Of a stretch of DNA of 64,000 bases, positions 1 to 9,568 are shown piece by piece. Each line of letters starts with the position of its first letter. Position 1 is the first letter of the stretch. Source of the DNA: Bradymonadales bacterium (GTDB taxonomy: Bacteria > Bdellovibrionota > UBA2394); assembly GCA_007693605.1 (NCBI GenBank), contig REDG01000045.1, positions 2,043-66,042 on the forward strand, in the 5' to 3' direction. The translations under genes and the position numbers were made by a program. The notes below the pieces were generated by a model, which searched no databases, was not told the origin of the DNA, and saw only the letters and a list, made by a program, of their open reading frames with translations.

Positions 1-1
1 T

Positions 2-505
2 TCAATTCACCCTTTTGATGATGGCAATGGACGGATCGCTCGAGCGATTACAGATATGGCACTCACTCAAGACGAGCAGACCCAAAGAAGGCTATACAGT
101 CTCTCCGCACAGATTTTAAAAGAAAGAAATTCGTACTATGAAGTTTTAGAAGAGTCTCAAAAAGGGAATGTCGACATCACAAGGTGGCTAAACTGGTTTT
201 TAAAAACCTATCGCAATGCCATTGCGAACTCTCAGGAAGTCATTGATAAGGCGCTTAAGATTTCTCAGTTTTGGCAAGAACATAAGAAAATCGAGATGAA
301 CGAGAGGCAACTTAAGGTTGTGAACAAAATTTTAGAAAAAGGCGCTGACCAGTTTGAAGGCGGTATGACAAATAAAAAATATGTAAGCATAACAAAAACC
401 AGCCCTGCCACAGCAAAGCGAGACCTCGCAGACCTAGAAAGAAAAGGCATTCTCAAAAAAAATTCTTCCAAAGGTCGGAGTGTAAGTTATAGCCTGGTTG
501 AGTAA
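2..505 (+). CDS. Fic/DOC family protein, 5'-truncated at the window edge
   Basis: Reading from position 2 gives SIHPFDDGNGRIARAITDMAL, the canonical Fic motif HPFx(D/E)GNGRxxR. The frame continues without a stop into the listed ORF 56..505 (winged-helix-like C-terminus). The N-terminus lies outside the window. Confidence 0.8.
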   Translation, partial: SIHPFDDGNGRIARAITDMALTQDEQTQRRLYSLSAQILKERNSYYEVLEESQKGNVDITRWLNWFLKTYRNAIANSQEVIDKALKISQFWQEHKKIEMNERQLKVVNKILEKGADQFEGGMTNKKYVSITKTSPATAKRDLADLERKGILKKNSSKGRSVSYSLVE

Positions 506-1265
506 TTGGCTTTCCCTCGTGGATCCCTCTTACTGACTTGCCCGTTGTGCTCGGGCCCCTGCAAAATCATCTCGGCCATCCAAGACAAAAAAGCCCTCAT
601 CAAAATCTTATGCCGCCGACTCGAACGACTTTCATATTGAGATAAGAAAGTTTTCGACCTTGGCCCCGAAGTTTGTAAGGGTTTGAGCTGAGTCAAAAAA
701 TAGCGTTTAAATGCCTTCTCCCTATTACAATACCGGCGATGATTTCGTTGCCATTCTCTGCCTCCCTCTCTTAGCCAGGAAACTCCGGTGACTTTGAGTC
801 CGAACGAACTAACAGCCTGGCCACAGTTCGTAGCCAAACTTCGATCAGCAGCCCCGACAGACGCCATAGGAAGAAAGAGCGCGAAGGCGACTCCGAAAAG
901 CTTCACTCGGTTAAATCGAAAGGCTAAGGCCATCATGAGTGGAACAGCTTTAGACCCGGTCGGTGTAATCGTCAAGACGCCCCAAAATGGCAGTAGAAGG
1001 CCTCAGCTAAGGCTTGTGGGGCGATAGAATCTGATCTCTGGTTTCAAGGACCGAAATTGGAGAATCTGTTCATAGAAAAATTTTGGGAATGCTCTTCTAA
1101 GACCGCTCTATGCCCGAAAATTTGAGGGCATTTAAACTGGCCGCTTGGGCTCATAGGCGTTAGCTTAGGAGGCTTGCAGCGGTAGTGAAAAGACTCGTTT
1201 CACCGCTGAGGTTCTTGGTCGGGCCTCGATATTTTACAGAAAATTCTGAATTCCGAGGAGGATGA

Positions 1266-2645
1266 ATGACGACAAGCGTTTCAAAGAAAATGCGGCTATT
1301 TGGCCTTCAACACCTGGACCGAATTCCCCAGATTCGGCAGCTCTCTGAAGAGCAGATTTTTGCCACCCGAGTGGTGGCCAGCGTTCTCCCCTTTCGTGTG
1401 AACAACTATGTCTTAGATGAGCTGATTGATTGGTCAAACATTCCGCGAGATCCAATTTTTCAGCTGACATTCATGCAAAAGGATATGTTAGAGCCGAAGC
1501 ACTTTTCAAGGATGGCAGATCTGATAAAAGCAAAGGCTCCAAAGCACGAAATCAATCAGGCTGCCAATGAGATTCGACTGGAACTGAATCCGCATCCTGC
1601 CGGACAGTTGAGCGCAAATGTTCCGGAAATGAACAACCAAAGCGTGCCCGGCGTTCAGCACAAGTACAGAGAAACTTGTTTGGTTTTTCCATCTTCAGGC
1701 CAAACCTGCTTCTCTTACTGCACCTTTTGCTTTCGGTGGCCTCAGTTCGTGGGTCTACAGGATTTCAAGTTTACCACCGACGAAGCCAACCAATTCTTGA
1801 ACTATATTGAGCAGAAAAAAGAAATCACGGATATTCTCGTCACAGGGGGTGATCCCTTAATCATGTCAGCTAGCCGTCTGAGCGCCTACCTTGAACCACT
1901 CCTGCGACCAGAGTTTGATCATGTCCGAAGCATTCGACTCGGAACCAAAGTTTTGGGCTACTGGCCTTATCGATTTATAACCGACCGAGATGCCGACGAA
2001 CTCCTAAGACTTTTTCAGAAACTGGCCGATAGCGGAAAGCATTTGGCCTTTATGGCCCACTTTAACCACCCACGAGAATTGGAAACGGATGCGGTTCAGC
2101 AAGCGGTCTCTCGATTGAGAAACACCGGACTTCAGATTCGCACGCAGTCCCCCATTCTAAAACATATCAACGACGACCCAGAAGTTTGGTCCTCGATGTG
2201 GCAAAAGCAAGTTGAAATGGGAATGATTCCCTACTATATGTTTGTGGAAAGAGACACCGGCCCTAGGCAGTATTTTGAGATTCCATTGGTAAGAACTTGG
2301 AGGCTCTATCAACGGGCGATTCAAAAGGTGTCTGGTTTAGCCCGAACGGTGAGAGGCCCTTCGATGAGTTGCCTTCCTGGTAAGGTCTGTGTTGAGGGAA
2401 TCGCCGAGATTAACTCTCAAAAGCTTTTCGTCCTGAGTATGCTTCAGGGCAGAAATCCTGACTGGGTGAAAAGACCCTTTTTCGCGGCCTACGATGAGTC
2501 TGCTGTTTGGCTTGATGATCTTCGTCCTGCATTTGGTGAAAAAGAATTCTTTTTTGAGGCCGAACTTCAAAAACTTCTTCGCAAAGATGCCGGTCAGTCG
2601 ACACCAAAGGCTCCAGCCCTAGAAAACAGACGGTTGTCTTCCTAA
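1266..2645 (+). CDS. KamA-family radical SAM protein (lysine 2,3-aminomutase-like)
   Basis: 459 aa. CFSYCTFCFRW = Cx3Cx2C followed by FR, typical of the KamA/EpmB family. The downstream ILVTGGDPL block matches the family. GAGGAGG ribosome-binding site precedes the ATG. The N-terminal ~100 aa are not like canonical KamA. Confidence 0.8.
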   Translation: MTTSVSKKMRLFGLQHLDRIPQIRQLSEEQIFATRVVASVLPFRVNNYVLDELIDWSNIPRDPIFQLTFMQKDMLEPKHFSRMADLIKAKAPKHEINQAANEIRLELNPHPAGQLSANVPEMNNQSVPGVQHKYRETCLVFPSSGQTCFSYCTFCFRWPQFVGLQDFKFTTDEANQFLNYIEQKKEITDILVTGGDPLIMSASRLSAYLEPLLRPEFDHVRSIRLGTKVLGYWPYRFITDRDADELLRLFQKLADSGKHLAFMAHFNHPRELETDAVQQAVSRLRNTGLQIRTQSPILKHINDDPEVWSSMWQKQVEMGMIPYYMFVERDTGPRQYFEIPLVRTWRLYQRAIQKVSGLARTVRGPSMSCLPGKVCVEGIAEINSQKLFVLSMLQGRNPDWVKRPFFAAYDESAVWLDDLRPAFGEKEFFFEAELQKLLRKDAGQSTPKAPALENRRLSS

Positions 2646-2669
2646 GCATTCTCGGGAATGCTATAAAGG

Positions 2670-5129
2670 ATGTGGTTGAGAAAATTTCTGAGCTTCCACT
2701 GGCGATTTCCACTCGTCGGAATTGTGGCAAGCCTCGTTTTTTCTTTTGCTGGCATCTGGCTTTCGCTAGATCTCGGCCTCGATACCGACATCAAGAGCCT
2801 TTTACCTCAACAGAGCGAGAGCGTTCAAAATCTCAACGCCTTGGAGCCCAAGGCTGGCAGCAGCAACTATTTTCTAGTGACTCTCTGGGGCGGGCCGCTT
2901 GAAGACCGTGTAAAGGCCGCAAGAGCCCTTAGTAGAGATCTGCTAGAGGCACCCGACTTGGCGCGCTCTGTGCGATATCAAACCCCTAAGGCCTTTTTTG
3001 AAGATAAAAAGTTTGTTCTCATCCCCACCCCCACTCTTGAACGAATTCTAAACCGCCTGCAGCGAGAGCGCCGAGAGCACTCCGAATTCACCGATCCCTT
3101 TGGACTCGAAAGAAGAGATTCTGGGAGTCAAGCCGAAGCCCCTCCCGTCAGCCCCGAGGAAGAAGAGGCCGAATCGGAAGACTTGGATCGAGCCAAGTCT
3201 TTGATGCGGTCACTAGATGAAATGCGCCCGTATTATTCAAGTAAAGATGGAAAGTTCTTAAGCCTTGTCGTTATTCCCAATGCCGACAGTTTCAGCATCT
3301 CAAAAAACCGAGAGCTGATTGCTCAAGTTGATGAGCTTTTGGAAAACTTTGAATTCTCTTCTTTTCACCCCGAGATACAAGCTGCTGCTCACGGAAGTCT
3401 GCATCGGCAGATCGACAAGTTTGAGTCCATTCAACGGGACCTTTCCTCTGGCACTTGGGTTTTCTTCGCAATCATTCTAATCATCAGTCTTTACTTTAGA
3501 AGTCTGTGGGCGAATTTAATGATCTTGCCCCCATTGATTGTAGGCATGGCCAGCGGCTATGGCCTGGTGAGCCAGCTAGAGGGCAGTTTGAATACCATCG
3601 CCGTTTTTCTTGTTCTTATTGTCTTCGGAGTCGGCATCGACTTTGGCGCACACCTTCTCGCAAGGTATCTTCAAGAGAGAAAGAAATTCAATCCTCAAGA
3701 AAGCATTCTTACGACTTGGCAAACTACCGGGCGGGCTACTGTCACTTCTGCGGTTGCTCTTGTAGCTGGTTTTGGAATTTTAGCGGTGAGCTCATTCGAG
3801 GGCTTCTCTCAGTTTGGACGAGTGGCCGTTGTCTTGTTGAGCCTGACAGCGATAAGCTTCCTATTGCTGATGCCTTCTTGGATCTTTCTGTGCGAGAAGC
3901 TCAGAAGAGAAAGCGCTTGGCCAAATAGTCTTTCGGACATTTTTTGGAATCGAGGCCAGAGCTGGTTTCGTCCTCAGATCGCCAGGTATGCTCGCAGGCT
4001 TCGACAGGCCACTCTTGTTTTAGCACCCATTTGCCTGCTTGCCGGAGCTGCATTTGTACGATTCGACTACGCCTTTGAGGAGGGCTCCTCTAGCGTTCAG
4101 AGACTTCCAAAAGAGTATCAAGGGGATAGCTTCTCAGAGAGATTAAAACCCTCAGCAATTGCCGTCTTTAAAGGTGAAGAAACGGCTGCCCATTTCGTTG
4201 AAAAGTTTCAAATTGAAGCGAGCAACTACCCTGACATCGCTCTTGTGAACGGGCTCGCCTCTGTTTTTCCCCCCGACCAAGAAACTCGAATCGATTTGCT
4301 CCAGCAAATTGCTGATGAGATTGAGCCCTCTTTGATTCAAAGATTTGAAGACGAAGAGGTCCAAGAAGTCTTACTTGAGATTGAGGAGAAGGCTTACGAC
4401 CTTTTTCCTTATTCTTTGGATGAAGTGCCCCCAGATTTACAAGAACCATTTTTTGCTTCTGGCTCTTCGGGTGAACAGCTCGTTTATATATTCGATGTCG
4501 GCGGCCCAACAGACGGTCGAAAGGCAATCCGCTTCAGTGAGGCGGTGGAACAGTTTTTGGAGGACTTCCAGTTTGACCCTCTTTACGCTGGCCATGAGAT
4601 TCTCTTTGCCGACATTGTCACTCGAGTCACTACCGAGGGTCCCCTACTGGTTCTTGGAATGCTTCTGCTTGTTTTTCTAGTTTGCTTTTCTGATTTCCGC
4701 TCTTTAAAGCCCGCATTGATTGTCATGTCTCCGGTGGTTCTGGGCTTTTTGTTTACCGGCCTTTTGCTGAGCATTTTTGATATTCAACTTAACTTTTTTA
4801 ATATGGCCGCGCTGGCCTCCTTGGGAAGCCTGGTGGTGGACAACAGCATCCATCTCTACCATCGCTATCTTGGGCTGGTGAATGTCGGTCATCCCCGTGC
4901 GGCATGGGGGGCCACCCTGGCCATTGGACCGACCGTCACGGCTTGTACCCTCACCTCAACCTCTGCTTATTGGGCCCTACTGATGGCGGATCACAACGGA
5001 ATTTCTTCACTTGGGGCCGTCGCCGTGATTGGATTGCTTTGCTGCCTAGTCAGTGCGGTCATCTTTTTTCCTGCTTGGCTTATGGCGAGAGATGAGCTGC
5101 GTGAGCTTGATCAACAAAAAGTTGGATGA
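2670..5129 (+). CDS. MMPL/RND-superfamily exporter (HpnN-like)
   Basis: 819 aa. Two blocks of about six TM helices each follow a large soluble loop (SSD/MMPL topology). It lies 25 nt downstream of the KamA-like gene on the same strand and is adjacent to an HpnH-like gene. Confidence 0.75.
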   Translation: MWLRKFLSFHWRFPLVGIVASLVFSFAGIWLSLDLGLDTDIKSLLPQQSESVQNLNALEPKAGSSNYFLVTLWGGPLEDRVKAARALSRDLLEAPDLARSVRYQTPKAFFEDKKFVLIPTPTLERILNRLQRERREHSEFTDPFGLERRDSGSQAEAPPVSPEEEEAESEDLDRAKSLMRSLDEMRPYYSSKDGKFLSLVVIPNADSFSISKNRELIAQVDELLENFEFSSFHPEIQAAAHGSLHRQIDKFESIQRDLSSGTWVFFAIILIISLYFRSLWANLMILPPLIVGMASGYGLVSQLEGSLNTIAVFLVLIVFGVGIDFGAHLLARYLQERKKFNPQESILTTWQTTGRATVTSAVALVAGFGILAVSSFEGFSQFGRVAVVLLSLTAISFLLLMPSWIFLCEKLRRESAWPNSLSDIFWNRGQSWFRPQIARYARRLRQATLVLAPICLLAGAAFVRFDYAFEEGSSSVQRLPKEYQGDSFSERLKPSAIAVFKGEETAAHFVEKFQIEASNYPDIALVNGLASVFPPDQETRIDLLQQIADEIEPSLIQRFEDEEVQEVLLEIEEKAYDLFPYSLDEVPPDLQEPFFASGSSGEQLVYIFDVGGPTDGRKAIRFSEAVEQFLEDFQFDPLYAGHEILFADIVTRVTTEGPLLVLGMLLLVFLVCFSDFRSLKPALIVMSPVVLGFLFTGLLLSIFDIQLNFFNMAALASLGSLVVDNSIHLYHRYLGLVNVGHPRAAWGATLAIGPTVTACTLTSTSAYWALLMADHNGISSLGAVAVIGLLCCLVSAVIFFPAWLMARDELRELDQQKVG

Positions 5130-5141
5130 TGCGAACAAAGT

Positions 5142-5462
5142 TTAGGAAGTTTTTTTCTCAAGCTTCTTGTTCTGCCAATCTTCCCAACTCTTTCCCTTTG
5201 CTTCGTCCTTGCCGCTAAACTCAATTGATTCCACATCTTTTGAAGGAATCTTTCGAACGGCCGAGGAGCCGTTTTCAAACAGTTCGAGGCTGCCCGCACG
5301 GTAGTTGAATAAGAAAGCCTCCACCTTCTCGCCGCCCACCAAACACAGGCTGATATCCCCTCGATAGTCGACCGCCGATTGAAGCACCCGATCAAAATCG
5401 GGCTCAGTCCGGCGAGCAAAGAAGCCCTGCTCTCCAAATTTGACATCACTAGGCATTGGCAA
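5142..5462 (-). CDS. hypothetical small protein (106 aa) translationally coupled to the HpnH-like gene
   Basis: Its ATG overlaps the upstream gene stop by 14 nt. Composition is protein-like. The alternative overlapping ORF 5111..5620 is Arg-rich junk. Confidence 0.4.
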   Translation of the reverse strand: MPMPSDVKFGEQGFFARRTEPDFDRVLQSAVDYRGDISLCLVGGEKVEAFLFNYRAGSLELFENGSSAVRKIPSKDVESIEFSGKDEAKGKSWEDWQNKKLEKKTS

Positions 5463-6543
5463 CCTTTCTGTCTTCCTGGCTTTCGCTCAAGTCCTCTTCT
5501 TGAATGTCTGCTAACTCGGGTTTCGGAACGCGAAGGCCAAACAGGGTCGCCCGAACGGTGGCCAGAAATCCACCCAGAGAGCTGAATGTATGATCGACCG
5601 CCGTGGGTTCGTGACCGCAATGGACCATACAGTTCTGACAGGAGGGGTTTTTGCTCTTAAAGCCGTAAGCCTCCCACTGAGTTTCTTCCATCAACTCCTT
5701 GAAACTCTCGGCGTATCCCTCCTGAAGGAGATAGCAAGGTTTTTGCCAACCAAAAATATTATAGGTCGGATTCCCCCAGGGCGTGCACTCAAAATGTCTC
5801 GCACCCGCCAAGTATTCCAAAAAGAGTGGGGACTGATTGAATCGCCATTGCTTTTTCAATCCTGAAAAAATTCTTCTGAAAAGTTGGTGCGTCTTCTCCC
5901 TTTCAAGAAAGCTCTCTTGATCTGGGGCCTTAGGATAACTGTAGCCTGGCGAAACCATCATCCCCTCAACTCCAACCTCCATCATGCGATCGAAAAACGC
6001 TTGAACTCGCTCCGCCTTTGCTCCTTCAAACAGAGTTGTGTTTGTAGTCACCCTGAAGCCTCGCTGAATCGCAAGCTCAATTCCTTCTAAAGCCTTTTGA
6101 TAAACTCCATCACGACATACGGCCTCATCATGTTCTTTCTCTAAGCCGTCCATATGTACAGAAAAGCTCAAGTACTTACTGGGCTTGAAAAGATCCAATT
6201 TCGATTTCAACAAAATTGCATTGGTGCAAAGGTAGATATACTTCTTTCGAGCCACCAAGCCTTCTACAATTTCTTTGATCTCCGGATGAAGCAGAGGCTC
6301 TCCCCCTGGGATGCTCACCATCGGAGCACCACATTCGTCAACAGCTCGAAAACAATCTTCTGCGCTGAGGCGTCGGTCCAAAATATGTTTCGGGTACTGA
6401 ATCTTCCCGCAACCCGCGCAGCTTAAATTACAGCGAAATAGAGGCTCAAGCATCAGAACAAGGGGGTAGCGCCGCCTTCCCCGAATTCTTTGTGATAGTA
6501 CATAAGAGGCCACCGTCCAAGCCTGTGAAATTGGAACTCCCAT
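5449..6543 (-). CDS. hpnH: HpnH-like radical SAM protein (adenosylhopane-synthase family)
   Basis: 364 aa. N-terminus RYPLVLMLEPLFRCNLSCAGCGKIQYP (CxxxCxxC radical SAM site) and the MVSPGYSYPKAPDQESFLER block match, as I recall them, the HpnH (TIGR03470) signature. Confidence 0.75.
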   Translation of the reverse strand: MGVPISQAWTVASYVLSQRIRGRRRYPLVLMLEPLFRCNLSCAGCGKIQYPKHILDRRLSAEDCFRAVDECGAPMVSIPGGEPLLHPEIKEIVEGLVARKKYIYLCTNAILLKSKLDLFKPSKYLSFSVHMDGLEKEHDEAVCRDGVYQKALEGIELAIQRGFRVTTNTTLFEGAKAERVQAFFDRMMEVGVEGMMVSPGYSYPKAPDQESFLEREKTHQLFRRIFSGLKKQWRFNQSPLFLEYLAGARHFECTPWGNPTYNIFGWQKPCYLLQEGYAESFKELMEETQWEAYGFKSKNPSCQNCMVHCGHEPTAVDHTFSSLGGFLATVRATLFGLRVPKPELADIQEEDLSESQEDRKVANA

Positions 6544-6651
6544 AAAGCTGAGTCTAAACCCCGAGGGTCAGGAGTGTAAACAAACTTGGCGGCATTTCGA
6601 TTGACCACCCCACTGTAATCAGTAGATTGCGCAGGCGAGGAGATAGTTAGA

Positions 6652-7767
6652 ATGCCATTGAAACAGAGCCCTCTTCACGAGGAGCACCTTCGGCTCTCGG
6701 CCCGAATGCAAGACTTCGCAGGTTTCGAGATGCCCATTTCCTATGATGCCCAGACGGGTGGAACCATCAAGGAGCACCTTCAGGTTCGATCGGGGGTCGG
6801 AATTTTTGATGTGTCGCATATGGGTCAACTATTTGTTGAGGGGGCCGTCGCAACAGAATTTCTCTCTTATGCTTGTACGCGGGATTTTCATCAAGCAAAG
6901 GATGGTCGCGCCACCTACTGCCTTCTACTGAATGAGAATGCGGGGGTGATTGACGACATCATTGTCTATCGACGGTCGAAAGATCGCTATCTCTTGATTG
7001 TCAATGCGGCAAATATTCAAAAGGATTTTGAGCATTTAAAGAGACTGGCCCTGGACTTTAAGGTGGAAGTTCGAAATGAAAGCGAGGCTTGGGCCCTGAT
7101 TGCAGTTCAAGGCCCCCAGGCCACAAAGGCCTTGGAGGCCAGCCTCAATAGCCTAAATTTGAAGCATCCCCCCTTAGATGACCTGAAATACTATAGTTTT
7201 GTTGAGACTGAAAATTTTTGGATCGCCAGAACGGGCTATACCGGCGAAGAAGGTTTCGAGTGGATGCTCAAGCCAGAGGCCGCTCCCCACGCCTGGGGAG
7301 CGCTCATCAGAGAGGCGGCGATGCCGATTGGCTTGGCGGCTCGAGACACCCTTAGAATGGAGGTGGGCTTTCCTCTCTACGGCCAGGAGCTTTCGGAAAC
7401 CGAGAATGCTTCTGAGAGCCTGTCTCAATTCGCAATTCGTAACCCCTCAGAATTCTTTGGTAAATCTAAGTTAAGGCTTCCCCCAGGTCGGCAGTTCTTT
7501 GGCTTTCTCGCAGAGAATTCCAAGCCCATGAGGGCTTTGGAGAACCTCTGGCTTGGCGAGAAGCGGGTCGGACAGCTGACGAGTGGAAGCTATTCCCCCT
7601 GCTTGGGCAAGGGAATGGGCCTAGGGTGGCTAGACCTCAATCAGATTGAGAAGCCCGCTCAAGAAGGCGCCGTTTTTATGCTTGAGTCTCGCGGAAAACG
7701 GAGAGAGGCTAAGGCGATAAACCTGCCGTTTCTAGAAACCGCACGGGTTAAGAGAAAGCCAAACTAA
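6652..7767 (+). CDS. gcvT: glycine cleavage system aminomethyltransferase T
   Basis: 371 aa with GcvT hallmarks (FDVSHMG, ARDTLRxE, folate-binding C-terminus). Heads the gcvT-H-PA-PB operon. Confidence 0.9.
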   Translation: MPLKQSPLHEEHLRLSARMQDFAGFEMPISYDAQTGGTIKEHLQVRSGVGIFDVSHMGQLFVEGAVATEFLSYACTRDFHQAKDGRATYCLLLNENAGVIDDIIVYRRSKDRYLLIVNAANIQKDFEHLKRLALDFKVEVRNESEAWALIAVQGPQATKALEASLNSLNLKHPPLDDLKYYSFVETENFWIARTGYTGEEGFEWMLKPEAAPHAWGALIREAAMPIGLAARDTLRMEVGFPLYGQELSETENASESLSQFAIRNPSEFFGKSKLRLPPGRQFFGFLAENSKPMRALENLWLGEKRVGQLTSGSYSPCLGKGMGLGWLDLNQIEKPAQEGAVFMLESRGKRREAKAINLPFLETARVKRKPN

Positions 7768-7801
7768 ATTTTAAGACTGCGAAGGGAGAGTAGAGCTCAA
7801 A

Positions 7802-8224
7802 ATGGCAGAGTCAGCCGAATCTGGATTTAAAGTTCCTCAAGATTTATTTTATACAAAGAATCACGAATGGGCCCGGATAGAAGACGGAATAGCCGTGGTC
7901 GGCATTACCGATTACGCTCAGAGCCAACTCGGCGACATCACCTATGTCGAACTTCCTGAAGAGGGGGATGATTTCAAAAAGGACGCCGTTTTTGGAACGG
8001 TCGACTCTCTAAAGACCGTGGCTGAACTTTACGCTCCTTTGTCAGGAAGTGTTGTTGAGATCAACTCAGAGCTTCCGAACAATGCGGAACGAGTGAATGA
8101 AGATCCTTATCAGGAGGGCTGGATTATCAAATTAGAAATAGGCAACGAATCGGAGCTTGAAGAGCTCATGCCCGCTGATCAATATTTGAAGTTGATTTCC
8201 AAGCTAAGCAAGAAAAAGGCTTAA
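7802..8224 (+). CDS. gcvH: glycine cleavage system H protein (lipoyl carrier)
   Basis: 140 aa. The lipoyl-lysine context TVDSLKTVAELYAPLSG matches the GcvH consensus. Confidence 0.9.
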   Translation: MAESAESGFKVPQDLFYTKNHEWARIEDGIAVVGITDYAQSQLGDITYVELPEEGDDFKKDAVFGTVDSLKTVAELYAPLSGSVVEINSELPNNAERVNEDPYQEGWIIKLEIGNESELEELMPADQYLKLISKLSKKKA

Positions 8225-8230
8225 ATCTCT

Positions 8231-9568
8231 ATGAAGTACATCCCTCAGTCGGAGCAAGATCGCTCTGACATGCTCGAAACAATTGGAGTTGATTCCATTG
8301 AAGACCTGTTTTCGGCTATTCCGAAGAACTACCGCTGCCCCGAACAGATTGACTATCCTCAAGCACAATCTGAGTCTGAGTTGAGGGATCAGTTCAAAGG
8401 ACTTTCAGATTTGTCAGAAAGCCCCCAGCTGAGCTTTGCTGGTTGTGGAATTTATCAGCACGAAATTCCTTCCATTGTTCCTTTTCTCACACAACGCAGT
8501 GAATTTGCCACCTCCTACACCCCCTACCAACCAGAAGTTTCTCAGGGGAGCTTGCAGTGCATTTTTGAGTTTCAAACACTGGCCTGCCAACTCACTGAAA
8601 TGGAGCTCTCAAATGCCTCCCTTTATGATGGCGCAACAGCCCTTGGCGAAGCCGCCTTAATGGCACTGAGAATAAAAAAAAAGAGCAAGGCTAAAATTCT
8701 TGTAAGCTCGGCTCTTCATCCATTTTATCGCGAGGTGCTGGAAACTTATTGTGAGGCGTTTCTAGATCGATTTGAGTGGCTTCCTCTCGACGGAAACAGT
8801 CTCGATTTAGCCGCTCTTGAAAAGAAGATTGAGTCGGCAGATCTATTGATTACTCAAAGTCCTAATGTTTTCGGTTCGATCGAGAATGAAGCAAGAATTG
8901 GTGAGATTAAGAAGACCTCTGATGCGCTTTGGATCACATCGTGCATGGAGCCCTTTTTCTGGGGAGCTTTTCGAGGCCCAGGAGCCTTTGGTGCCGACAT
9001 TGTCACCGCAGAGGGTCAAAGTTTCGGGAACAAAGCTTTTTTGGGAGGCTCTAGTTTTGGGATCTTCTGCTGTAAGAACGAATTCCTTCGCAACTTGCCT
9101 GGTCGTCTTGTTGGAGAGACGCTCGACCAGAATGGAGACCGAGCTTTCACCCTGACATTCGCTACGCGAGAGCAATTCATTCGTAGGGGAAGAGCGACTT
9201 CGAACATTTGCACCAACAACAACTTGAATATGCTGGCTGGGCTCATTCATATGCTCTGCTTGGGTCGGCAGGGCTTAAGGGAAGTGGCGCTTCAGAGTAT
9301 TTCGAAAACTCAGTACTTGAGGCGCTCGTTGTCGAAGATCTCAGGCCTAAAGCTAACAAAAGATCCCGTATTCAATGAGTTTTGCATCGAGAGCCCTCTG
9401 ACCGGAGACGAGCTGGTTGAAAGACTATCGCAAGAAGGAGTGATTCCGGGAGTTTCACTAGGGAGATTTAAAGAAGAATGGAAACACAAACTTTTGATTC
9501 ATGTGAGCGAAAGACATCGTCTCGAACATCTGGATCGCCTATGCACACTCATACAAAAGAGCCTATGA
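8231..9568 (+). CDS. gcvPA: glycine dehydrogenase (decarboxylating) subunit 1
   Basis: 445 aa with the N-terminal half of a split P-protein (MKYIPQSEQDRSDMLETIGV...). Confidence 0.9.
   Translation: MKYIPQSEQDRSDMLETIGVDSIEDLFSAIPKNYRCPEQIDYPQAQSESELRDQFKGLSDLSESPQLSFAGCGIYQHEIPSIVPFLTQRSEFATSYTPYQPEVSQGSLQCIFEFQTLACQLTEMELSNASLYDGATALGEAALMALRIKKKSKAKILVSSALHPFYREVLETYCEAFLDRFEWLPLDGNSLDLAALEKKIESADLLITQSPNVFGSIENEARIGEIKKTSDALWITSCMEPFFWGAFRGPGAFGADIVTAEGQSFGNKAFLGGSSFGIFCCKNEFLRNLPGRLVGETLDQNGDRAFTLTFATREQFIRRGRATSNICTNNNLNMLAGLIHMLCLGRQGLREVALQSISKTQYLRRSLSKISGLKLTKDPVFNEFCIESPLTGDELVERLSQEGVIPGVSLGRFKEEWKHKLLIHVSERHRLEHLDRLCTLIQKSL

Noticed and set aside
487-1027. ORFs 487..975 (-) and 788..1027 (+) in the fic-kamA spacer
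   Set aside because: Arg/Ser-rich, low-complexity translations. The two ORFs overlap each other and the fic 3' end, and have no ribosome-binding site or motif. Probably non-coding leader. A short secreted peptide within the minus-strand ORF cannot be fully excluded.
3506-3928. 140-aa ORF in an alternative frame inside the MMPL transporter gene
   Set aside because: Same-strand overlapping frame within a well-supported membrane protein gene, with Arg/Cys/Ser-rich composition. Not a gene.
5111-5620. 169-aa ORF on the minus strand
   Set aside because: It overlaps the HpnH-like C-terminus and the better 106-aa ORF in another frame. The highly Arg-rich composition is typical of an out-of-frame read.
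6544-6651. Possible glycine riboswitch upstream of gcvT
   Set aside because: The spacer is only 108 nt and lacks the conserved GGAGAG...CUCUGGAGAG...ACCGAAGG elements, so no riboswitch is called.
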